From: Octopus vulgaris | Lineage: Eukaryota | NCBI GenBank assembly: GCA_951406725.2 | Contig: OX597827.1 | Coordinates: forward strand, 20,832,001-20,896,000 | Direction of reading: 5' to 3' | Length of the DNA: 64,000 nucleotides | Part shown: positions 51,033 to 63,710 of the stretch, in pieces | Layout of the letters: each line of letters begins with the position of its first letter | Position numbering within the stretch: position 1 is the first letter of the stretch | The notes under the pieces: generated by a model | Seen by the model: only the letters and a program-made list of their open reading frames with translations | What the model was told of the DNA's origin: nothing | Database searches by the model: none | Translations under genes and position numbers: made by a program

Positions 51033-51555
51033 ATATATATATATATATATATATACATATGTACACCCACACATACATACACACACACACACAATATACA
51101 TGCATACATACATATAAGCATGTACACATACATGCACACACACACACAAACATACATGCATAAATACATACATACATACATATATGCATGTGCACACACG
51201 TGCGTACATAATGCACACATACACACACACATACAGAAAGATAGAAAGGCGCCCACACTTACCTCCTCCCATCCCCCTCCCTTCCTTCCTCACACCGTAA
51301 TTATATACTTCATATTTTTATTTGTTTTTTGTATTTTGTTTGGGAATCTTTGGATATATAACCACCTACCTACCTGCTTAGATGCGTACATACATACACA
51401 CACATACATACATACATACATATATATACATACATGCATGCATACATACATACATACATACATATATACATACATACATATACATACATACATACATACA
51501 TACATATACATACATACATATATGTACATACATGCATACATACATATATGCATAT

Positions 51556-51608
<53 letters not shown>

Positions 51609-51659
51609 CATACATACATATATGTACATACATGTATACATACATACATATATGCATAT

Positions 51660-51715
<56 letters not shown>

Positions 51716-51806
51716 AGAAATGGGGTACTCAGAAATTCGGATGGTTTTATATTTACAGATATTTATTTGTATATTACATGTTTTTATACATCATATAACT
51801 TAGATC

Positions 51807-51837
<31 letters not shown>

Positions 51838-52349
51838 TAAATACATACTTTAATATATTATATGCATATGAGCATACTGACAGATAAGCACACAAAGATA
51901 TGTCTATAGACATACATACATATATTGTACACACACACATGTCATCACACCCACCCACAAACATTATCTACATATATTTGTGCGTGTGTGTGTGTGTGAT
52001 AATTCTCTGAGATGGCCTGAAAGCTCGGGAGAGGATGTAGCAAAATGAACAACAGTGAGATTTGAACCTTGAAATATGAGTTTGCGAAGGCATTTGCCAC
52101 ATGGAATGCCTGAGTGTTTTATTGACTGAGCTACAGATGTGAACAAAGAAATGAAGATGAGTTGACAGACAGATTAATAGACAGATGGACAAACACACGC
52201 ACGCACGCATGCACACACACACATGTGTGTAGGTATGTGTGGGTGTACATATGTATGTATGTATATATGTATATATGTATATATATATATCCGTCTCTCT
52301 CTTTCGGAGAGGCACTGGGCACCTACAGGCACATATGCACACATGGCAG

Positions 52350-52499
52350 TAACTTCCGCCTACCGAATTCAATCACAAAGCTTCGGTGGGCTCGGGGCTA
52401 TAGTAGAAGACACCTGCCCAAAGTGCCACGCAGTGGGACTGAACTCGAAATCATGTAGCTAAGAAGCAAGCTCCCTAACCACACAGCCATGCCCGTGCC
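52350..52499 (-). mobile_element. Family B SINE, 5' part
   Basis: GGCTATAGTAGAAGACACCTGCCC...ACCACACAGCCATGCCCGTGCC. Confidence 0.75.
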
Positions 52500-52957
52500 T
52501 ATATATATACATACATATATAAATATACACATGTGTATATTCATATATGCGTGCACAAACTGACTCAATTACACACACAGGAAATTGTGCTAAAGGAGAT
52601 AGATTTAGACTTGTATGTTTGTATAGATTAGCAACAACCAACAACAATAAAAAGGTGGGAGGAGAATTCGAATTGTGATAAAGACATGTGTGTGTGTGTG
52701 GGTGTGTATAGATAGACAGATAGAGAGAGGTGGGGGGTGGGAAGAGAGAGAAAGGGATTGACACAGATATGCAGAAAGATAGACAGACAGACAGATAGAT
52801 ATACAGATAGCGAGAGAGGGAAAGAGATAGATAGAAAGATAGCGAGACAGATTTACACTAGCATTTTCATACATCAACAACTGGAAGAAACCAAAGACAA
52901 AGGAAAAAGAGAGGGAGGAGGGTGTGTGCGTGGAAGAGAGTGCAAGAGGTGTGTGTG

Positions 52958-52993
<36 letters not shown>

Positions 52994-53207
52994 TATGGGG
53001 GGGGTGGAGAGAGAAAGTTTTCCCCCCAATTTCTCCGTTGAAAGCCCATCTCAGCTAATGGCTTTTAAGCTGTTCTCCGATGATGTTGCACATGGATGTT
53101 ACTACGTTGGTGTTATCTGATGTTGCTGTTGTTGTTGTTGTTGTTGTTAATATTGTGTAGCTTCAACAAGGTGTGACTTGCCAGCTGATTCACTCGGTGA
53201 GAGGGTG

Positions 53208-53312
53208 GGGAGCGGCGATGAGGATGGTGGGAGCGGCGATGAGGATGGTGGGAGCGGCGATGAGGATGGTGGGAGCGGCGATGAGGATGGTGGGAGCGGC
53301 GATGAGGATGGT
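53208..53312 (+). repeat. Perfect 21-bp minisatellite x5
   Basis: GGGAGCGGCGATGAGGATGGT repeated five times. Confidence 0.95.
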
Positions 53313-53909
53313 GGGGGGTGTGGCTACGGAGGTAGTAGGAGTGTAAATAGTGGTGGTGGTGGTGGTGTGGTTGTTGTGCATTGTGATGGCAGTAGTATTA
53401 GTGGTGATGGAAGTGTTGTGGTGGTAGTAGTGGTGGTGGCATTGGCTCATGAGGGTTGTTGATGTTGCAGTGGGGGTGGTAGTGGGTGATTACTGGGAGT
53501 AGTGGCACTGGTAATAATGATAGTAGAGGTTGTTGATTGTATAGTGATACTAACAGTTGTTGTTGTTGTTGGTGGTGGTGGTGGTGGTGGTGGTGGTGGT
53601 GGTGGTAGCAGTAGTAGTAGTAGAGGTGGTCGTGCTGCCACTGGTGATATTATTATTATTATTATTATTAGTTGTAGGTGTTGTTTAACCCTAGGTAAGT
53701 TCTAATCAAGGGCTTTCCAGCTGTGAGAATCCCAGCAGGGGTGCCTCTACCTGCTCCCTAAATCTACTAGAAAGAGCAGCCAAATCTCACTTTACCCACA
53801 ACCAACCTTGTTTTTTTTTTGGTTTACATTGATGGTGTCAGTGTGGTAGTGGTGGTGGTGGTGGTGGTGGTGGTGGTGCTCATGTGACATTGAAACTGGT
53901 GATAGTGGT

Positions 53910-54680
53910 GCTATTGGTGGTGGCGATGATGATGATGGTGGTGATGATGATGAATTTGGTGGTGATGAGGATGCTGCTGGTGATGATTATGATACAGTTG
54001 TTGGTGATGATGCTGTTGGTGGTGATGATGCTGTTGGTGGTGATGATGCTGATGGTGGTGATGATGCTGATGGTGATGATGATGATGTTGGTGATGATGA
54101 TGATGATGGTGATGATGATGCTGTTGGTGATGATGATGCTGATGATGATGCTGATGCTGCTGATGCTGATGGTGGTGATGATGCTGATGATGCTGATGAT
54201 GATGTTGGTGGTGATGATGATGATGGTGATGATGATGCTGTTGGTGGTGATGATGATGATGGTGATGATGATGCTGTTGGTGGTGATGATGATGCTGATG
54301 ATGATGTTGGTGGTGATGATGATGCTGATGATGATGTTGGTGGTGATGATGCTGATGCTGATGATGATGATGATGTTGGTGGTGATGATGCTGATGTTGA
54401 TGATGATGCTGTTGGTGGTGATGATGCTGATGCTGATGATGATGATGTTGGTGGTGATGATGCTGATGGTGATGATGCTGATGATGATGTTGGTGGTGAT
54501 GATGTTGGTGGTGATGATGCTGATGATGCTGATGATGTTGGTGGTGATGATGCTGATGCTGATGATGATGATGTTGGTGGTGATGATGATGTTGGTGGTA
54601 ATGCTGTTATTGTTATTGAAAGGGATTCAAAATGATGCCAGAGGTGGTGGTGGTGGTGGTGGTGGTGGTGGTGGTGGTGG
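53910..54680. repeat. Compound trinucleotide repeat (GAT/GGT/GCT/GTT)
   Basis: Directly visible; it explains the 278-aa poly-M/V/L and 250-aa poly-S/P ORFs. Confidence 0.95.
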
Positions 54681-55513
54681 TCTCGGTATGAAAAGGAGGA
54701 AGATAGACAGACAAATGTAAAAGAAATACAGGTAGACAAAGAAGGGGAGGGGGAGGGCGATGAGACAGGCAGACAGGCAGACAGACAGAGAGAGTGAAAG
54801 GAATGATGGTAGATATGGGAGTTACTGTAAAGATTAAAGATTTTTCAAAAAGCATTAATCAGTCTGTGCATGCATGCATGCACACATGGAGGCATGGATG
54901 TGTAAACATGTGTGTGTGTGTGTGTTTATATGTGAGTGTGCGTGCATATGTGTGCACATGTGTGTGTTAGTGTGTGAACGTACAGGTGTGGGTGTGTCTA
55001 TAAGTGTATGTGCGTGTATAGTATTGGAGAGTGTTGTTTATATTCCTTTGTGCTTCAATGTGAGCATGCGTGTGTGTGCATGCATGTATTTGCATGCATG
55101 TATGTATATGTGTGTGTGTGTGTCTATAATAGAGACGTGCAAACTCCGTTACAATTAAAGACTGGCATATAACTGAGAGTGTGTTTATTTGTGTATTTGT
55201 TTGTGTTTATGTTTTTCCATGACTTAAAATGTTTGTGTATGTCTTTATAAATAATTGTAAAAGTCATCTTAAACACACACACACAAACAATACATATACA
55301 TGCATAAAAAAATATATATATATATACACACACACACATACATACATATTTACATATACATACATGTACATATATACAGTCATACATATCTCTTAGATAC
55401 CCTAAATTATAATTTTAAATAATTATTACCTTTGAAAGGTTTTTATTCCCATGCTGGCCACCTGATAAGATCGGTATTTAAATATCAATCTTATCCTTAT
55501 TTATATAAAGTCA

Positions 55514-55554
<41 letters not shown>

Positions 55555-55562
55555 ATACATAT

Positions 55563-56678
55563 TATGGTATAGGTTATAGTCTAGTCACCCGTTTAGTTAA
55601 CCAAGTAATACATGAAGGAGTCATACCCAATGACTGGTGTAGCAGCATAATAGTCAACAGCTACAACGGTAAAGGTGATGCCTTAGATAGAAATAGTTAC
55701 AGAGGTATCAGATTGTTGGATCAGGTGATGAAAGTCACGGAAAGGGTTATAGCCCATTTAATTAGGGAGACAGTTAGTCTAGATGAGATGCAGTTTGGTT
55801 TTGTGCCAGGGAGAAGCACCACTGATGCTATATTTCTGGCAAGACAGCTGCAGGAGAAATACCTAGTCAAAGTTAAACCGCTGTACTTGGCTTTTGTTGA
55901 CATAGAGAAAGCCTTTGATAGGGTCTCCCAATCCCTTATCTGGTGGTCAATGCAGAAACTAGGGATAGACGAGTGGTTGGTGAGAGCTGTACAATCCATG
56001 TACTGGGATGCTGTCAGTAAGGTGAGGGTTGGCAACAAGTACAGCAAAGAATTCAGGGTACAAGTAGGAGGTTCACCAAGGATTGGTCCTCAGCCCCCAC
56101 TTGTTCATCATAGTCCTCCTTGCAATAGCAGAGGAATTCAAGACAGGATGCTCCTGGGGGCTTCTGTATGCTGATGACCTTGCTCTAATAGCTGAATCAC
56201 TATCAGAACAATAGGAGAAGGATCAGGTGTGGAAGCAAGGTCTAGAATCGAAGGGCCTAACAAAAACCAAAGTCTTGATAAGTAGGAAGGCAGGCAAACC
56301 ACAAATCCATTCAAATAGATGGCCCCTCTTGATCTGTAGAAAAGATGTAGGTAGAAACTCCATAAGATGTACCCAGTGTAAGCTATGGACACATAAAAGG
56401 TGCAGCAATATCAAAGGAAGGTTAACTGGGAAGATAGTTTTTGTGTGTGGAAGATGCACAGGTAGAGTAAACCCTGAAAATGTACAGAAAACAGATTCCA
56501 TCACATGCCAAGGGGAAAAACTAGAAATGGGTGATAACTTCCGTTATCTAGGTAACCAAGTCAGTAGCAAGGGTGGCTGCTCTGATAGTGTAGCTGCTAG
56601 AATAAGATTAGGCTGGGCAAAGTTCAGAGAGCTCCTACCTCTGCTGGAAACAAAGGGCCTCTTACTCATAGTGAAAGC
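55563..56678 (+). mobile_element. RTE LINE internal RT fragment
   Basis: YRGIRLL, QFGFVPGRSTTDAIF, DIEKAFDRV, YADDL, FRYLGNQV; frameshifts; truncated at both ends. Confidence 0.92.
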
Positions 56679-56756
56679 TGAGAGATTTAGAAATAATAAT
56701 GTTTCTATTTATATTCTTTTTTTAAAATAGAGGTTGAAATAATGGCATTAAGGGAT

Positions 56757-57169
56757 ACTCTCTTTTCTTTTACTCTCTTTTACTTGTTTCAGTCATTTGA
56801 CTGTGGCCATGCTGGAGCACTACCTTTAATCGCGCAAATCGACCCCAGGACTTATTCTTTGTAAGCCTAGTACTTATTTTATCGGTCCCTTTTGCCGAAC
56901 TGCTAAGTTACGGGGACGTCAACACACCAGCATCAGTTGTCAAGCGATGTTGGGGCGACAAACACAGACACACAAACATATATACACACACATACATTTA
57001 TATATACGACGGGCTTCTTTCAGCTTCCGTCTACCAAATCCACTCACAAGGCTTTGGTCGGCCCGAGGCTATAGTAGAAGACACTTGCCCAAGGTGCCAC
57101 GTAGTGGGACTGAACCCGGAACCATGTGGTTAGTAAGCAAGCTACATACCACACAGCCACTCCTACGCC
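56757..57169 (-). mobile_element. Family B SINE, full length
   Basis: Near-identical to the 26508 and 48120 copies. Confidence 0.9.
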
Positions 57170-57266
57170 TATAGGAAATATCCAATGAATTACTGGTTTG
57201 TTATCTATAAATTTTTTGTGAATAGCGATATTCCTAAAATAATAGGTCTAAGTATAAATCTTGTTT

Positions 57267-57575
57267 TATAAATATTCAAATTAAAATCCAGAAAATGGAG
57301 ATGCAGCATTAATATAATTTATTAACTGCAAAAAAATTCAGTATGTTTTTTACAGCTATTGAGATGTTTTGGAAGAATAACATGTAATAACCTAATGATA
57401 TGTCTTTTTTACTCCTCTGATGAGATGTTGCCCAATAAAATGTTTTAATTATTGGAATTTAATTCTTTTGGGGCAAAATCGAAACAGCTGTAAGTGAACA
57501 TGTTCAGCTTTTGCAGTTAATAAATTTCATTAATGCTACTTCTCCATTTTCTGGATTTTAATTTGAATATTTATA
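57267..57575. repeat. Inverted repeat (~67-bp near-perfect arms), MITE/foldback-like
   Basis: TATAAATATTCAAATTAAAATCCAGAAAATGGAG...TTAACTGCAAAA versus its reverse complement ending at 57575. Confidence 0.8.
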
Positions 57576-57581
57576 TATATA

Positions 57582-57880
57582 CTAGCAGTATCGCCCGGCG
57601 TTGCTCGGGTTTGTAAGGGAAATAACTATATAAGCATTTTTAGAGAGTTACTTCCCTTATATAATAGCAAAAAAATGCATTAAAAATGGGAAAAAATGAT
57701 GGTAATTTTTTTTTTAAATTGTAGACTCATTGTAGACGCGTGCTAATATCCAGAAGGGCTCGATATGAATCACGACTATAAGATACCTGCTTTTGGTTAA
57801 ACTGCACCACAAAATGTGGGAGTAGTTAGGAATCTAAATTGTAGGAGACAGACACATAACTTCACTTTTATATATAAAGA
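57582..57880 (-). mobile_element. Non-autonomous Helitron (short variant)
   Basis: Minus 5' A|TC, 3' CCCGAGCAACGCCGGG hairpin + CTAG|T; homologous to 30838-31400. Confidence 0.85.
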
Positions 57881-57925
57881 TATATGTATATATGCATGTG
57901 TATGTATATATATATATATATAAAT

Positions 57926-57975
<50 letters not shown>

Positions 57976-57981
<6 letters not shown>

Positions 57982-58084
57982 TGTTGAAAGCACCAGTTCT
58001 CGTCTGATCACCGAAGTTAAGAAATGTTGAGCCTAGTCAGTACTTAGATGGGTGGCCGCTTGGGAAACCTAGGTGCAGTAAGCA
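57976..58084 (+). pseudogene. 5S rRNA-derived sequence (5'-truncated, diverged), head of a SINE-like chimera
   Basis: GTTGAAAGCACCAGTTCTCGTCTGATCACCGAAGTTAAG...AGTACTTAGATGGGTGGCCGCTTGGGAA matches metazoan 5S rRNA including the internal control region; several CpG-decay changes; no oligo-T terminator directly after it. Confidence 0.9.
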
Positions 58085-58164
58085 TAGCACATTGTTTAAT
58101 GGCGGTGCTCCAGCATGGCCACAGCTCGTGAGCTGAAACTAGTTAAATAAATAAAAAAATAAAA

Positions 58165-58221
<57 letters not shown>

Positions 58222-58869
58222 GGGGAGAGAGTGATAAATAGATAGACAGACAGACAAACAGATAGATAAATGTGTGAGTATACAGATGGATAGATACATG
58301 TGTGATTGTGTTCATGTATATACACACACATGTATGGCCCTTGTGTACAATATAGTGCTGCCCCTATGCTGTAAAGTGGTTGGTGATAGGATGGGTTTCC
58401 AGCACATAAAACCCTACTAAAATTATGATTGTCATAAACAGAATGAAAAAAATCCTAGTACCAAATTAGTGTTGTGCATGGTAATGGGCTGACCCAGTGG
58501 GAACATCTGGCCTTTGTGGGGATCATCTGGCCCTGCCCATCACCAATTTGATCTCATAAACTCTCTTCCATTCAAATGCAGAAAACAGACATGAAAACTG
58601 AGTCACTTATCTCAGAGAATTCCCTTTTCCAACCATCCATAGTTGCAGGATAAAAGGTAGGTATGAAGAGATTGTAGAGAGAATTAAATGGCTTTGTGTG
58701 TTGTATACAAGATATAACATGGAAGAGAGCCTCTACCAGACTCCTGTGTATGGAATATTGAACTTTCCCTCACTGATGCCAAGAAGAAAGGGAAATATAA
58801 CTAAGAAAGATTGGTGAAGGAAGAGAACAAATGAGAGACAGGGCTGTCCCAAGAAAGCCCAACAAAGTA

Positions 58870-60070
58870 ACCAGCTGTTGAAGACATCAGCTCTATGGTT
58901 GAAAGGGTGATTAAGAATATGAAAGCATCAGGAAATTTCTGAGTTCAACCACAAGGGAAGTTTTGAGATGTTGAAAATATTTGGTGAAGTAGAGTTACTT
59001 GTATAGTCATTGAGGTGTCATACTTAATGACTGGTATTGCAGTATTGTCGTTAATTACTATGACAACAACAACAATACCTTTATTAATAACTACTGAGAC
59101 ATCAAATTGATAGACCAAGTTATGAAAGTAACAGAAAAAGGTAGATATAACACAACTGATTAGGGAGAGAATTAGCTTAAATGGGATTTAGTCTATGTTT
59201 GTGCCAGGCTTGGGTGCCATCGATGCTCTCTTTCTAATAAGAAAAAGGAAATTCTGAACTTAAAATAAGCCACTGTACATCACCATAAAGCAAGCTGTTG
59301 AATGGGCAATATACTGTATCGTATGGTGATAGCCAAGAAAAATTAGGTGCAGAGGCCATGAACAAGGAGACAATTTAACAAAGAGTTCTGCCAGGAACTT
59401 AGAATGCAGTTTGATGTCCCTTAGGGTTCAGTTGTCAACCCATTTCAGTTTATTAGTCTCTAATAGACAAGTTTAGTAGCAGCTGCCCCTAGAAGCTCCT
59501 GTGTGCCAGAGACATAGAGGAGACAGAAACTCCTGTACGCTCTCATAATTGAATCTTTCAAAGAGTTAGGGAAGTACTAAATATGGAAGCAATGCCAAGA
59601 ATTAAGGAGTTTCAAGGTAAATCTAGCCAAGAAAAAGTTTGCATTAGCAGAAAAGACAAGACTCTGCCATCATCAGGAAGGTGGCTATGCTCAAGGAGAG
59701 AAGGTGTGAAATACTGCAGCAAATGTGGAGGATGTGCTGGGATTGGAATGAAATGGAATTACAATGTGAAGGAGTAAAAGAGGAAAAAATTAAATAAAAA
59801 CAAAAGATTAAAAGGAATCAGATAGAAACATGTAAGAGAGAAGGTTGTTGTGCTGGTGTGGTCATGTGATGCATATGGAAGCATGTGGTTTGGTGGAGAA
59901 GTGTCAAGTAATTTGAGTAGAAGAAACCTGAAGAAGAGGAAAACGGGAGAAGATGTGGGGAAGATGGTGAGGGTTGATCTCACTGAACCTTGTTTAAGAA
60001 ATGGCAAAAGATTGTAAGAAATGGTACAGAAGGAGACATGCAACATTGAAAAGAGAACATAAAATTATGA
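58870..60070 (+). mobile_element. Highly degenerate RTE LINE
   Basis: TAATGACTGGTATTGCAG, TTTGTGCCAGG, AGGGTTCAGTTGTCAACCC and ATCAGGAAGGTGGCTATGC are colinear with the 40376 element. Confidence 0.6.
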
Positions 60071-60074
60071 TGTA

Positions 60075-60117
<43 letters not shown>

Positions 60118-60181
60118 AGAAGATATATATATAGTGAAAAACAAGTCAAGATAGAAAATGCTAAAATAATTTTATAAAGAA

Positions 60182-60228
60182 CATTTCAGTACCGGTTTCA
60201 GTCATTTGAGACCTTTTCAACTGTAATG
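60182..60228 (-). ncRNA. Minimal type I hammerhead ribozyme, U3-A8 variant, in a (TA)n-flanked Penelope-like terminus
   Basis: Minus: stem I CAUUaCAG, core UUGAAAA, stem II GGUC-ucaaau-GACU, GAA, palindromic stem III ACCGGU, cleavage triplet GUA, stem I CUGaAAUG. Confidence 0.7.
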
Positions 60229-60589
60229 ATTAAATAATTAAATTTAGAAAAATTAAAAGAAAAGTTTTTTTAAAAGAATATTTGTATAGTGTTCAAATAT
60301 AAGTGGCATTTTCCTTGTTTCTGCCTTTCTCTGTCTCTCTTGTTTACACTTGTGGTCTGTACCCTCTGTAAAGTGGTTGACATAAGGAAGGGCATCCAGC
60401 CATAGAAACCATGGCAAAACAGACAACTGGAGTCTGGTGCAGCTCTCCAACTGGACAGCTCCTGTCAAAGCATCCAACCCATGCCAGCAGATAGAAAAGC
60501 AGATGATGATGAGGATGATGATGATGATTATAATAAATGGGACTCACAGGAAGTAGTTTTCCTCGAATGCCCTGCAGGCTCCTTGAGCA

Positions 60590-61090
60590 GTAGATGATAT
60601 CAGTTACCTAGGTGACCTAATAAACAATGGAGAAGGTTCTGAAAGTGTAGCTGCTGGGGTGAGACTAGGATGGAAGAAGTTCAACAAATTGTTCCTTCTG
60701 TTGGCAACGAAGGATCTTTGTGTTGGAGTGAAAGCTTGATTGTATGAGACTTGCTTACAAACAGCAAAGACTAGAGGAGAATGAAACCAGTATGCTGTGT
60801 TGGGTGTGCAACATCCAGTGTGCAAGAACAACAAAGGGCCAATGTAGTGAGAGTAAAATTAGGCTTAAGAAGAATCAGGTGTCGTTTGCAAGAGAGAAGA
60901 CTGCACAAGTTTGGTCTTGTGACGCACATGGATGAGGACATCCATGTGTGTCCCATGATAAAGAAGTGCCGATCACTTAAAGTGGATGGAACTTGTGGAA
61001 GATGGAGACCCAGGAAGACATGGGATGAAATAGTGAAGGTAGATGTTAAGATGCTGAGCTTCATGGAGGAGATGACAAAGGACTAAGATG
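60590..61090 (+). mobile_element. Degenerate RTE C-terminal fragment
   Basis: YLGDLI, GWKKF, RIRCRLQERRL, GTCGRWRPRKTWDEIVK; tail-like sequence again at 61950-62170. Confidence 0.75.
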
Positions 61091-62274
61091 ACCAGCAGTT
61101 CAGTGTCCAAGATGAACCATTCATCACAGCAAGAAGGATATCCTAAAGCCATTCTGTGTAGGCTTGTGACCATTCTTCCCTGTCAGACATTGTCTCATAC
61201 CTCATTCCCTAACACCCAACAGAATCTGCAGGTATTACTCCCCCCTCCACCCGCTTCTTCTGCATTACCTCTTACCTTATCTCTCTCCCCTGCATCCTTC
61301 TATCCATCATTTTCAGTCTTCTTCCTTCCTCCCCCACCCTACAACCCTCTCCAATCACCCCCTTTCCATTTCTCTCTCTCCTCTCCTATAATCCATTTTA
61401 ACACATCTTCTGCCGTGCTCAGCACCCTCTCATGTTTGCCATAACACCCTATTCACTATAGCCACCCTCATGTACCCTACGTATTCCTCCCCACCACATC
61501 ATATCCCTTCCCCACCTTCTGGTCCCTCCTTCCTCAGCCACTTCCACCTTTCTCCCCATTCCCCCCCCTCTCCAAACCGATATTTCCCATCAACCACACC
61601 GTCACCCTTGTTCCTCACTTCTACCCCCATCTCTGACCACTTCTTACTCTCCCCTCACATTCTTATTAAAGTACCCATTCTCTTCTCTGCTCTCCCAACC
61701 CACTGATTGTATCCTCTCTTACACCCACCCTCTTTCTACCCTGCCACTTTGCTCTGGCACTCCTTCACAAATCTCTTTCCCTTCTTCCTAATGCCACTCA
61801 TTCATGTGGAGTCACCATGTGGCTTCTCAATAGCAGGACACTTCCCTCTCCTAGCACCTCCCCCTCCCAACTAACCTCCTTCCCACAACCTACCCATGGG
61901 GGTGGGGGGGCATTTTTACCCCTTTACCATGCTTTTCTGTCTGGAGACTTACTTGGCAACCACATGAGTACAAGTGGCAGCACAAAAAAATAAAACCACC
62001 TGGGTATACATTGTGAAACAGATGAGGTTAGGAAGAGCATCCTGCTGTAGAAACTGTGCCAAGGCTGGCAGTGAAGATCAGTTCAGCTCTGCAGCTCAAC
62101 GGATCCTGTCAAACCGTCCCACCCATGCCAGCATGCAAAACAGACAATGATGATGACGATGATGATGATCGTCATCATATATCATATATATATATATATA
62201 TATATAGATACATATATGTATATATATATATATGTATATATACATATGTATATATACGTATATATATATATGTA

Positions 62275-62344
<70 letters not shown>

Positions 62345-62345
62345 A

Positions 62346-62398
<53 letters not shown>

Positions 62399-62537
62399 TA
62401 AGTTTAACAATTAAGGATAATCTCTTAATAAGGGATCTTAACAAGAAATTATCGGGTAGTTAGCGTGAAAACCTCATAAAAGAAAAGAATTCGAAAATAA
62501 TTTTTTTCTTTTGAACAAATTAATTATATCTATATTG

Positions 62538-62684
62538 TATAGAGGGCATTATTACACATAAATGCCTCACACTAAGAGGGACAAAGTCATTACTACCAAA
62601 ATTATACTAATATAGTATAATTTTGGTAGTAATGACTTTGTCCCTCTTAGTGTGAGGCATTTATGTTATGCCTGTAATAATACC

Positions 62685-62691
<7 letters not shown>
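62538..62691. repeat. Long palindrome: 53-bp perfect arms (62556-62608 / 62614-62666) plus imperfect outer arms
   Basis: ACATAAATGCCTCACACTAAGAGGGACAAAGTCATTACTACCAAAATTATACT, spacer AATAT, then its exact reverse complement. Confidence 0.92.
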
Positions 62692-62723
<32 letters not shown>

Positions 62724-63214
62724 GTGTGTGTGTGTGTATATATATATATACACATACATTTATATATATACATACATACATATGCACACACACACATATA
62801 TATACATACATACATATATGCATATATATACACACACATACATACATACATATATATATATATAGAGAGAGAGACATACATACACATACATACATACATA
62901 CATACATACATACATGCATGCATACCTACATACATATACACATATATATAGCATGTAAATGAATGTGTGTGTATGTGTTTTATACAGAATACACAGATTC
63001 ATAAACATATTCTCAATCCTAGTCACAAATTCACAAATATAACCTTATATATCAATATACACCAATATATTAGTGTGTGTGTATGTGTGTATATATATAT
63101 ACATACATACATTTATATATATATATATATACATATTATATATATTTATATATATATACATATATACATTTATATATATATATATAATATACATATATAT
63201 ATATATATATATAC

Positions 63215-63252
<38 letters not shown>

Positions 63253-63484
63253 GAGCATTCATTCGTGCTCAAGTATATACATTTCTGAATCACACACACA
63301 CACGGATCCCACCCACACATGTACATGGAGCATAGAGGTGCAGAGGTGTAGAACAAAGTGTGGAATCAGTTTCCATATTACTGGAAACCAAATTGGCGGA
63401 GACACCAGTTTGATATTTCTCCAAAGTCTGCAAGCCCATTCTATATCTAAAACAAGTTGTTCACCATCCAACTTCAGCTGTCTA

Positions 63485-63710
63485 CAACCACCACCATCAC
63501 CGCCTCCACTACCGCCTCCACCATCACCACCGCCTCCACCACCATCACTGCCCCCCGCCACCACCATCACTGCCTCCACCACCACCACTATCACCGCCTC
63601 CACCACCATCACCACCTCCACCACCACCACCACCACCTCCACCACCATCACCACTTCTACCACCATCACCACCTCCACCACCATCACCACCACCTACACC
63701 ACCATCACAT
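63485..63710. repeat. (CAC/CAT/CTC)n trinucleotide low-complexity tract
   Basis: Directly visible. Confidence 0.9.

Noticed and set aside
50614-51853. ORFs of 130-250 aa
   Set aside because: Almost entirely (TA)n/(CA)n/(TACA)n translations; the short unique start has no recognisable homology.
53884-54739. 278-aa Met-rich and 250-aa Ser/Pro-rich ORFs (e.g. reflectin-like or mucin-like)
   Set aside because: Pure trinucleotide repeat with no reflectin motif or other non-repeat coding signal.
57976-58084. Functional 5S rRNA gene
   Set aside because: 5' end missing, multiple substitutions, solitary, no terminator, fused to a retroposon tail.
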